This document shows, piece after piece, positions 30,138 to 38,532 of a stretch of DNA of 64,000 nt. The position numbers and the translations under genes were made by a program. Where the stretch lies: the NCBI GenBank assembly GCA_038207085.1, contig JBBRAE010000001.1:64001-128000 (forward strand). The letters are read 5' to 3'. This stretch comes from Armatimonadota bacterium. GTDB taxonomy: Bacteria > Armatimonadota > UBA5829 > DTLH01. Under the pieces are notes generated by a model. The model did no database searches, had not been told where the DNA came from, and saw only the letters and a program-made list of their open reading frames with translations. The stretch's first letter is position 1. The number at the start of each line of letters is the position of its first letter.

Positions 30138-30551
30138 ATGAGTGACGTTGCGCAAAACAGACGGGTTGAGACGTTTCCGGATGAGTTTTCGGGGTCTCGG
30201 AAGCGACTAGTTGTGGTTTCGAGTGATTCTACATATTCAGAGTCGCTGCGTAGTCATCTCGCGTCGGGGTTCGATGTGCTGATGGCAAGAAACGCCGGCG
30301 AAGCGGCTGCAAAGGCGTTTGCTGTGCATGTGGATCTGGTGGTTGTGGACCTCGGAAAGCCAGTGTTGGGCATCCCGGCGCTCTCGCGAATGCGCGATCT
30401 GAGCGATCCTCCGATTATCTGCGGCCTTGCGCCCGTCGATGACACTTCGGCTCAGGCCAAGTTTGATTATGACTTCGTGCTCGCCAGGCCCGACACGGGA
30501 GCTAACCTGCCGGACCGAATTCGATTCATACTCGCTAAGAAAGATAGTTAG
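30138..30551 (+). CDS. Degenerate stand-alone receiver-like (CheY-fold) protein
   Basis: LVVVSSD...GFDVLMARNAGEA...DLVVVD...DFVLARP pattern; conserved Lys and acidic pair altered. Confidence 0.55.
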   Translation: MSDVAQNRRVETFPDEFSGSRKRLVVVSSDSTYSESLRSHLASGFDVLMARNAGEAAAKAFAVHVDLVVVDLGKPVLGIPALSRMRDLSDPPIICGLAPVDDTSAQAKFDYDFVLARPDTGANLPDRIRFILAKKDS

Positions 30552-30560
30552 TCTTGGACA

Positions 30561-30598
30561 CTCCCTCAATCACAACATCTGAGTTGTGATTGAGGGAG
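30561..30598. terminator. Bidirectional terminator hairpin between convergent genes
   Basis: CTCCCTCAATCACAAC-ATCTGA-GTTGTGATTGAGGGAG perfect 16-bp stem. Confidence 0.7.
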
Positions 30599-30608
30599 AT
30601 GATATATT

Positions 30609-32420
30609 CTATGCTTGCGAGCGTGCCCTGCGTCTAAGTTTCCCCCTGAACATATCGATGGCCGTCTCAAGCTCCGACATCCGAAGTGCCTTCGCTACTG
30701 CCACGTAAGTTGTAAGCCCCAGCGTTCCAACAATGCCGATCTCCATAGCGGTCACTAGAACTCGCATCTTTTCACCCGTTGCCGGGCTGTAGATGATTGA
30801 CGCCGTCACGCCCCAGTTCTCAAAAAAGAAGTATGCAGGCAGCGCAACAACCGCAAGGGCGGCGGACGCGACGAACATTTTCCCAAATGAAATTGCGATC
30901 TGGCGGCCGTTGATTCCATTGACTCGTTTGCGGAGTATCCAAAGGAGCACAAAGGCGTGCAAGACAGCAGCGATTGAGGTTATCAGCGCGAGTCCCGCCG
31001 GTGCCCAGAGCGTTCCTTTGGGATTGCTGAGAGAATGGATAAAGCCCACACTCATACCGACGAACAGCACGGTCATAATAGTTCCAGTGATGACAACTGT
31101 CTTTGTGTCGTGAAGAGCGTAGAAGCCCCGGGCGATGATTGCCTGCATGCACCACGCGAAGATTCCGGTGCAGAAGAATACAAGTGCGAGAGCAGTGATC
31201 TGTGTGTCCTGACTCGTCACAAGCTTGCCGTGCTGGAAGACGATTCGCACGCAGGGAACGGCGAGGATCATCATCAGGACAGATGCCGGAAGCGCCATAA
31301 AGACTACGCGGCGAATGCCAAGGCTCACCTGTTCTCTATACTCTGGCCAAAGGCCTTTTGCGGCAAGCGTGGAGATCGTTGGGAAGAGTGCAATCGCAAA
31401 TGCAGTCCCAAGCACTCCGTATGGCACCTGCATCAGTCGGTTGGCGTTGTCGAGTGCGGTCACGGACCCCGTTCTAAGTAGCGTGGCGAAGTACTTGTTT
31501 AGCTGCACGTCCACCTGCGGAAGCGAAAGCCCGAGTATGACCGGAAGCATCAACGCAAACACCTTGCGCGCGCCCGGATGGCTTGTGTCGAAAGAGATGT
31601 TAAACTTGAACCCAATCTTGCGCACTGCAAGAAACTGTATCAGGAAGTTACCGACAAATGCGCCGATAAGCGCTCCCCAGGAGTATCCCGAGACTACTGG
31701 AGTGCCTACGCGCAGCGCTTGCTCCACTGTCGCTCGGACTTCGGGAGAAAGTGCGCTGGCGGACTTGGCCGTAGCGAACGTCTTCATCGCTGCAATAACT
31801 TCCGGGCTCTGCAGATATCGAAGCTCGTTTGGATGCATGTGCGCGGTGATCAGTCCGCCGCCGATGATCCCCAATGTGTATACCAGAGGGCCAAAGGCAG
31901 GGGCGAAAAACTTGTTCTTGGAGTAAAGCGTCCCCATCATCAGCCCGCCGACGAAGAAGAACGCCTGAGCTGGCAGGATGATCCGGGTAAGCGATGCCAT
32001 CTGCCTGGTCTGTTCATCCAGGATAAAGCCGGGTGATACGAGCTTTGAGAGCGGCACGGCGAATATCTCGCCGAGTATCACAAAGACCACTGTCACGGAA
32101 AGTGCGATGCACGTCACTACTGAAAACGTCTTCCACGCGTCGGTCTCATTGTCTTCTGAAAGATACTGGGTGAAAACCGGGATGAACGCGGAGCTTAGAG
32201 CGCCTCCTGCGATCAGGAAGTAGAGCATGTCGGGGATGATGAACGCCTGTTTGTAGACATCTGTAAGCGCTCCCTGACCGAAGTACGCAATCAATAGCGA
32301 CTCTCGGACAAATCCGAGTAGTCTTGAAAGTCCGACGGTGATAATCATAATTCCCGTCGCCATCGCCACTACGCGTCCGGGTGATTTGGTGGGTTTGGGT
32401 GCCTCAACGGGCACCTGCAC
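30609..32420 (-). CDS. murJ: Lipid II flippase MurJ (MviN)
   Basis: SRLLGFVRE, GGALSSAFIPVF, ANRLMQVPYGV, FYALHDTKT; GTG start inferred. Confidence 0.92.
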   Translation of the reverse strand: MQVPVEAPKPTKSPGRVVAMATGIMIITVGLSRLLGFVRESLLIAYFGQGALTDVYKQAFIIPDMLYFLIAGGALSSAFIPVFTQYLSEDNETDAWKTFSVVTCIALSVTVVFVILGEIFAVPLSKLVSPGFILDEQTRQMASLTRIILPAQAFFFVGGLMMGTLYSKNKFFAPAFGPLVYTLGIIGGGLITAHMHPNELRYLQSPEVIAAMKTFATAKSASALSPEVRATVEQALRVGTPVVSGYSWGALIGAFVGNFLIQFLAVRKIGFKFNISFDTSHPGARKVFALMLPVILGLSLPQVDVQLNKYFATLLRTGSVTALDNANRLMQVPYGVLGTAFAIALFPTISTLAAKGLWPEYREQVSLGIRRVVFMALPASVLMMILAVPCVRIVFQHGKLVTSQDTQITALALVFFCTGIFAWCMQAIIARGFYALHDTKTVVITGTIMTVLFVGMSVGFIHSLSNPKGTLWAPAGLALITSIAAVLHAFVLLWILRKRVNGINGRQIAISFGKMFVASAALAVVALPAYFFFENWGVTASIIYSPATGEKMRVLVTAMEIGIVGTLGLTTYVAVAKALRMSELETAIDMFRGKLRRRARSQA

Positions 32421-32757
32421 GGTTCCCTCTTGATCCAACTCTGTATTAATGTCCTTTCTGGTAGAGCGACCCCGGAGTATTACCGGGCATCCGGGTTTCA
32501 GTATAAGCGCACAGGGAACGAACGTCAAGGCGAACTTGACAGGACCGAAGCCCCGTATCTATGATGGGTTAGAAAACGCGCTTCCTGTTAATCAATACGC
32601 CGCAGACAGCGGCAAAGTTCTCAGCACGTCTTGCAGATCGAAATAGTGCACGCTTGACTGAGTTATTGTTGTCGTCGCAGCACTTATGCCGCGTGCAGAG
32701 GCTTCGAAGCAACAGCTACCAAAGCGCGAGATTCATGGGAATACGGCAATAGGTAAT

Positions 32758-34353
32758 ATGTTCAGAAAGACTTTACTTTGGCTTACGGCACTGTTTGCTG
32801 TCCCGAGGATCGCCTTAGGGGCCGACTATACGCTCATCACACTACTGCACACAAACGATTTGCACGGCAGTGTCATCCCCGAAGATCGCGCAGAACTCGG
32901 CAGTGATGTCCCTGCATCAACATCGGCCTCGGCGCAAAACGGCTATGGTCTTGCGAAAATCGCTACACTGGTACGCCAGATTCGCTCTGAAATGCCGCAC
33001 GTGGTCCTGATCGACACGGGCGACGTCATACACGGGAGCTACGAGGATTATCTCTCCGGCGGCGTAGCAACGATCAGTGCGATGAACGCCGCTGGCTATG
33101 ATTTCGGCGTCACGGGCAACCACGAGTTTGATTTCGGGCTCGAAGTCACCGAGAACGCCGTTCGCACCGCCAAACATCCCATGCTCGCAGCAAACGTGAA
33201 AGATGCCGCTACGGGAGAGATTTGGGACGGTCTTCACCCTTATGAGATCGTAACTGCTGGGGATGTCCGCATCGCTGTTCTCGGGCTTGCGACGGCTGAG
33301 TCCGTCAGCTTGCAGTGGCCACCGTCGGTTGCGGCAATCAAGGTGGAGGACCCCTTCGCGACCGCGAAAGCTCTCGTGCCGGAGCTTAGAAAGAACGCGG
33401 ATATCGTTGTTGTAGCTTCGCATCTCGGTTACAGATTCGATCTGGAACTTGCCAAGACCGTGCCGGGGATCGACTTTATCATTGGAGGCCACACCCATAC
33501 CGTTGTCGACAAGTGGCAGTGGGTAGGTAACACACTGGTTGCGCAGGCTGGCGCGTTTGGCAAGTTCTTGGGGCGCATCGATTTCATTGTCACAAGAGAA
33601 GGCGACAAGAAGAAAGTGCTGTCGGTCAACGGTAGGGCAGGCAGGCTTTGGAACAATATGTCCCGACCGCCGCTTGGCAAGACGTTTCCGACATCGCCCC
33701 TTATCGCCGTTCCGGCATCGACTGTAGAAGACGCCGTTGTTGTTGCGGCCTACAAGCCGTTTCGAGACAATGCCGACACCCTGCTGAGTGAAGTGATAGG
33801 TGAGTCGGCCGAATCGATCACGTTAGTCCCGTCGCCCTCTGGAGAGACAGCGGCGGGTAATCTGGTCGCTGATGCGGTTCGCGCCCGAGCACAGTCCGAC
33901 ATCGCAGTGGTAGACGCAAGGTCGATCGCCGCAGGGCTAGTACCCGGCCCAGTGAACCTTCATCAGGCGTTTGATATGATCGGCGGATTCACGCGTCAAA
34001 GGGTGGAAGTCGTGCGTATGAATGGGAGCGATCTTCTTGCCGCACTTACCGCAAGGCTGATCAGGGGAACTGCGCTCAAGCTTCAGGCGTCGGGGATGAC
34101 GCTCTCGTTTTCGTCGATCATTCCGGGGAGGGCATCACTTGGCGACGTGATGGTCAACGGCGTGCCGATTGACCCGACGCGCGAGTATACCGTCGCAAGC
34201 CAGGCTTACGTGATTCAAGGACTGATGGCTGCTGCTCCATCATTGGTTATACTCCCCGAGCCCGGCGGAACTACGAGAGAGGCGATCGCTGACTATGTGC
34301 GAGCCTCCGGCAGGGTCGTCTCACCGGGCGTCGGGAGAATAACAAGGCGCTAG
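32758..34353 (+). CDS. Secreted bifunctional metallophosphatase / 5'-nucleotidase
   Basis: LHTNDLHG, DTGD, GNHEFD, SHLG, GGHTH, GNLVADA. Confidence 0.9.
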   Translation: MFRKTLLWLTALFAVPRIALGADYTLITLLHTNDLHGSVIPEDRAELGSDVPASTSASAQNGYGLAKIATLVRQIRSEMPHVVLIDTGDVIHGSYEDYLSGGVATISAMNAAGYDFGVTGNHEFDFGLEVTENAVRTAKHPMLAANVKDAATGEIWDGLHPYEIVTAGDVRIAVLGLATAESVSLQWPPSVAAIKVEDPFATAKALVPELRKNADIVVVASHLGYRFDLELAKTVPGIDFIIGGHTHTVVDKWQWVGNTLVAQAGAFGKFLGRIDFIVTREGDKKKVLSVNGRAGRLWNNMSRPPLGKTFPTSPLIAVPASTVEDAVVVAAYKPFRDNADTLLSEVIGESAESITLVPSPSGETAAGNLVADAVRARAQSDIAVVDARSIAAGLVPGPVNLHQAFDMIGGFTRQRVEVVRMNGSDLLAALTARLIRGTALKLQASGMTLSFSSIIPGRASLGDVMVNGVPIDPTREYTVASQAYVIQGLMAAAPSLVILPEPGGTTREAIADYVRASGRVVSPGVGRITRR

Positions 34354-34983
34354 TTAGAGTTTCTTGGCAGCCCAGAGCATTCCAAGAGTCATTATGTTGA
34401 GCAGTTCGGGTGTCTCGAAGTCTTTTGCGACGTGGCCTACCGAGCAGTAGAACACCCTGCCATCGCCGTAGGACTTGGTCCAGACTGCGGGCATTACCGT
34501 ATCGCCGAAGTTGGAAGCCATCAGCACCCGGTTCGCCGGATCTACGTGCATATAGTATTGCTCGGACGTGATTGTGAACTCGCCGATCCCAGCGGTGACT
34601 GGGCTCTCTTCGCCTGTATTGTAGACCTTGTATGTCACCGTATCGCCGCCGGGATGTGCTACCCACTGCCCGCCGACCATCAGCTGATACTCGGTCTCGT
34701 TGCGGAACGAGTCACCCATGCCGCCATGCCAACCGGCAATCCCGCAGCCTGCCTTTACAGCAGAAAGCAAACCGTTTAGCTGGTCTCCAGTGATCGATGC
34801 CATCGTCCACACCGGGACAATAAGGTCGATTTTGGACATCTTGTCGGCGTCTGTGTAGACATCAAGTGTGTCTACCAGTTCGACATCGAAGCCGTTATCT
34901 CTAAGTGCCTTCGCGGCGATTTCAGCTGTCTGCTGAGGTTCGTGGCCATCCCATCCACCCCAGGAAATAAGCGCGGAACTCAT
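34354..34983 (-). CDS. ThuA-like domain protein
   Basis: WGGWDGHEP, GWHGGMGDSFR, GGQWVAHPG, SEQYYMHVDP, GRVFYCSVGH. Confidence 0.88.
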   Translation of the reverse strand: MSSALISWGGWDGHEPQQTAEIAAKALRDNGFDVELVDTLDVYTDADKMSKIDLIVPVWTMASITGDQLNGLLSAVKAGCGIAGWHGGMGDSFRNETEYQLMVGGQWVAHPGGDTVTYKVYNTGEESPVTAGIGEFTITSEQYYMHVDPANRVLMASNFGDTVMPAVWTKSYGDGRVFYCSVGHVAKDFETPELLNIMTLGMLWAAKKL

Positions 34984-35006
34984 AGAAGCTCTCCTTGTAT
35001 TCGATT

Positions 35007-35087
35007 CTAGCCCGCTTTATTCGTGAAGCGAATAAAGCTCTCGCTAGCAGAGCATTATTCACGCTCCTCGTGATTAATGCAGGCTAG
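35007..35087. mobile_element. 73-bp twin-hairpin element, copy 2 (CTAG flanks included)
   Basis: 3 substitutions versus copy 1; sits between divergent ThuA-like and DUF362 genes. Confidence 0.8.
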
Positions 35088-35191
35088 GGGAGTGTTCGGG
35101 AGACGCAAGCGGAGTTCCTCCCTTGTTATTGACATTTCTGCGGTAATATACCCGACTTGACGCGGGAGCCCTGCGCCGTTATGCTCTAGGT

Positions 35192-36355
35192 ATGGTGAAA
35201 GTATCTATCGTCAAATGCTCCGATTATGTCCCAGAGCGCGTCACTGAGGCTGTCGCCCTTGCCGTCAAGCTCATAGGTGGAGTGGGGGACGCTTCGGGGC
35301 GTTCTGTTCTGGTGAAACCGAACCTTCTGTCTGCGCGAGATCCTGAAGCCGCTGTGACAACGCATCCGGTGGTGACGGAGGCTGTCGTTAGGCTCTGGGC
35401 AGACGCAGGGGCCAAGGTTCATCTGGGAGACAGCCCTCCGCTTGCGGGTGAAAAGCCGTCGGGCTATGAGCGACTCTTGCGCATAACTGGAATGCAGGGA
35501 GTGGCTGACAGAACCGGTGCAGAGATCGTTCGGTTCGAAGATGGAACGGTGAATATCGAATATCCCGATGGGAAGTACTACCACCGGTTCGATATCGCGC
35601 AGGCAGTGGCCGAGGCTGATATCATAGTGAATGTCCCCAAGCTTAAGAGCCACGGGCTGACTACTATGACGGCTGCCGTGAAGAACATGTTCGGCTGCGT
35701 CCCGGGGAAGAAGAAGGCGATATTTCACCTTCAGGCCGGCGAAGACTGCGTAACGTTTTCGCAGATGCTTATTGATCTACTTGGGTGCGTGCCCCCTGCC
35801 GTCTCCGTGATGGACGCGATAACCATCATGCAGGGCGATGGTCCGGTTGATGGCGAGACGCGGCGCCTTGGCCTTGTTATGGCCTCCAGTGACCCAATAG
35901 CACTCGACGGTGTCGCGGCGTTGGTTCTTGGGATTGACCCGATGACCATCGAGACCTGCCGCATCGGAGGTTTTGATCTTGGGCAGGTAGAGGTCGTCGG
36001 AGAGCGTGTTGAAGACGTCGCGATTGATGACTTTATGCTGCCGAAATCGACCAATTTCTGGTTGCGTGTGCCTGCTCCTCTTCGCAAGCTACTGAAGAAC
36101 CAGCTGATCCCTTACCCGAATATCACCAAGAAGTGTCGGAACTGTGGCGCATGCGTTGAAGGCTGCCCTGTTGGGACGATTAGCGCCTCGGGCAAGCGCC
36201 CACAAATCGAGCTCCAAGGGTGCATCAGATGCTACTGCTGTCGGGAGGTGTGTGAGTTTAGCGCGATTGACGTAAAGGTCGGTAGGCTATCTTCGGCCAT
36301 ACGCCTGGTTCGCGACGTTCGTCGAGCGATACTGAAGGCCCGGGATCGCACCTGA
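35192..36355 (+). CDS. DUF362 domain protein with C-terminal 2x[4Fe-4S] ferredoxin domain
   Basis: VLVKPNLL, TTHP, PKLKSH, AVKNMFGCVPG; CRNCGACVEGCP and CIRCYCCREVC. Confidence 0.88.
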   Translation: MVKVSIVKCSDYVPERVTEAVALAVKLIGGVGDASGRSVLVKPNLLSARDPEAAVTTHPVVTEAVVRLWADAGAKVHLGDSPPLAGEKPSGYERLLRITGMQGVADRTGAEIVRFEDGTVNIEYPDGKYYHRFDIAQAVAEADIIVNVPKLKSHGLTTMTAAVKNMFGCVPGKKKAIFHLQAGEDCVTFSQMLIDLLGCVPPAVSVMDAITIMQGDGPVDGETRRLGLVMASSDPIALDGVAALVLGIDPMTIETCRIGGFDLGQVEVVGERVEDVAIDDFMLPKSTNFWLRVPAPLRKLLKNQLIPYPNITKKCRNCGACVEGCPVGTISASGKRPQIELQGCIRCYCCREVCEFSAIDVKVGRLSSAIRLVRDVRRAILKARDRT

Positions 36356-36424
36356 TCGCTCGTTGACGAACACTCGTGCAAATGGTAATATACGTTTGTA
36401 CAACTTTTGTTCACATGAAAGCAG

Positions 36425-37540
36425 GTGGGGCGCGTGGCAGGTGTAATCGGCAATAATCAAGAAGGCGCCAGGCCGATCACTTTGAAAGATATCGCAGAGG
36501 AATGCGGGGTTAACGTGGGCACTGTCTCACGTGCTCTGAGGAGCGACAGCAGGCTCTCAAAGACTACCATCGACCGCATTAGGGCTTCTGCCAGGGCCAT
36601 GGGCTACGACGCATCCCGCAACCACGCCGCGAGGCGGCTTGCCATGAGCCGGTTTGGGCAGCCAGTTTTGAACAACATGGCAGGCATGTTCTTTCACCAC
36701 GGGGGCTTTTGCCAGTCTGCCTACTTCTTCAAAGTTCTGCAGGGGGTCCTCGACACAATCTCCAAGCTGGAGTTCGAGCTTTGCACCAGCGATCAGGCCG
36801 CTGTTGCAACCCGAAATGAGCTGCCGATAAACTATCGTCGTGGTGATGTCGACGGCGTTGTAATGATCTCACAGGCTGAAAATGCCGAACTTGCAGTCCG
36901 ACTGCTGCGGGAAGAGTTCGCCTACGGTGAAAAACCTATAGTTGGTCTAGTAGAGCATATCCCTGGGTGTTCAGGTGTGTATTCCGACGACTATCAATCC
37001 GGCCGCATGGTCGCCGAACACTTGATACGGCTAGGGCACAGACGTATTCTTCACTATCACAACCTCGGTGCCGACTCCCGTCCTAACGATGCGCATGTTC
37101 TCAGGCTTAATGCAACACGCGACGCTCTTTGTGAGGCCGGGCTAAAGCCTGACGAGGTTCTCTTCACTCACGACTGGCTCTACGATTACAAGTCACAGAG
37201 CGCCACAGACCTGCTGGCAGCTCTGAAAGAGCACCGGGAGATCACCGCGATTATTGCCCACGATGACGAACAGGCGGCTGAGATCCACACGATTCTCACT
37301 GAAGCTGGGTACTGTGTCCCTGATGACATCAGCCTGATCAGTTACGACGACACAGTCGCTGTTCCGGGGCCTGATGGGCTCAATATACTGACCACGGTTC
37401 GTCTTCCGCTTGTCGAGATAGGCAAGGAGGGCACGAAGCTGCTCATTCGTCGGATCCTCGGCGAGGAAACTGAGGATCGCGACATCGTGCTGCCTACCGA
37501 GCTTATCGTAAGAGGTTCGACCGCGATTCCCAGGCGTTAG
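36425..37540 (+). CDS. LacI-family transcriptional regulator
   Basis: TLKDIAEECGVNVGTVSRAL HTH; LGHRRI, VPDDISLISYDD, LTTV, LIVRGST. Confidence 0.92.
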   Translation: MGRVAGVIGNNQEGARPITLKDIAEECGVNVGTVSRALRSDSRLSKTTIDRIRASARAMGYDASRNHAARRLAMSRFGQPVLNNMAGMFFHHGGFCQSAYFFKVLQGVLDTISKLEFELCTSDQAAVATRNELPINYRRGDVDGVVMISQAENAELAVRLLREEFAYGEKPIVGLVEHIPGCSGVYSDDYQSGRMVAEHLIRLGHRRILHYHNLGADSRPNDAHVLRLNATRDALCEAGLKPDEVLFTHDWLYDYKSQSATDLLAALKEHREITAIIAHDDEQAAEIHTILTEAGYCVPDDISLISYDDTVAVPGPDGLNILTTVRLPLVEIGKEGTKLLIRRILGEETEDRDIVLPTELIVRGSTAIPRR

Positions 37541-38532
37541 CTCTCGAACCCGAAGTATTCGAGTATGCCGCGCGCCACAGCCTTGGCTACTCTGTCCTGA
37601 AACGCGGAGTTTTTAAGCATCTCTCGCTCTTTGGGGTTTGAGTGAAAGAGTATCTCCGTGAGCGACGCCGCACAGCCCGAGTTGTGAAGCACGTAGAGCC
37701 TGTTCCAGTGCTCCTTGACCCCTCTGTCGATTACTTCCGGGTAGACTTCTCGTATGGCGCTCAGCACCTTCCCTTGCACGCATTCCCCGAGACGCTTCCC
37801 CTGGTCATCGGCGAAGAACGTCCAAGTGCCTCCGCCTTCAGTGCCGTCAGCTGTTGCATCGGAGTGAAGTGAGACGAACGCATCACAGGTAAGCTGCTGG
37901 GCGAGTGTGCACTCGAGCTGGATAGACGAGTGGGTCCGGCGGTCGAGTCGGCTGATGTAGGCGTCGATGCGGCCATCTGTGTCGAGAATTGTCTTCACGC
38001 GTGAGGTGACATCCCACATAGTCTCCCCTTCGTTGTATATCTCAGTGCCGTTATCGTCAAGGATCACGTTGTTGTATTGAACCGACGGGTTCAGCATTAC
38101 TCTGGGTTTCATGTTGTGTGCTTCTGCTCCTGGATGGTATCTGAATAGCGCCGCTGCTCCTGCCCTCAGGTAGAACAGATGGCCGTCTCTCCTGCCGAGC
38201 CTGCGTTCGAGTCCTGTCACGGGCAGAATCTGAAAGAGCGTTACCGGATGATCAAAAGTCAGGCGATAGTAATGCCCCGTGGCGCTGTCAGTGTTTGTAA
38301 CCATGATCCAGGGGAGCATACCCGGCCCAATGAAACGCTCAGCACGGCAACCGGGGCCTTCTACCGAAACGAGATGGGCCAGAGAGTCCACGACGCGCAG
38401 GTTAGCAGTTCTCCTGGCGAACGAAGCCCTGTCAAGCCCGTTCTGACGGTCCGTGAACTCGTCAGAACGGGCAATGCCACACGCAAACGCGAGTATCGCC
38501 ACGAATAGTGCTGTTGCGGTTCGTAATCTCAC
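37537..38532 (-). CDS. Secreted N-acetylmuramoyl-L-alanine amidase-like protein (Amidase_3 fold)
   Basis: FVSLHSD, DRGVK, LYVL, LTEILFHSN..E; first Zn-ligand motif reads NPSVQ. Confidence 0.75.
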   Translation of the reverse strand: MRLRTATALFVAILAFACGIARSDEFTDRQNGLDRASFARRTANLRVVDSLAHLVSVEGPGCRAERFIGPGMLPWIMVTNTDSATGHYYRLTFDHPVTLFQILPVTGLERRLGRRDGHLFYLRAGAAALFRYHPGAEAHNMKPRVMLNPSVQYNNVILDDNGTEIYNEGETMWDVTSRVKTILDTDGRIDAYISRLDRRTHSSIQLECTLAQQLTCDAFVSLHSDATADGTEGGGTWTFFADDQGKRLGECVQGKVLSAIREVYPEVIDRGVKEHWNRLYVLHNSGCAASLTEILFHSNPKEREMLKNSAFQDRVAKAVARGILEYFGFES

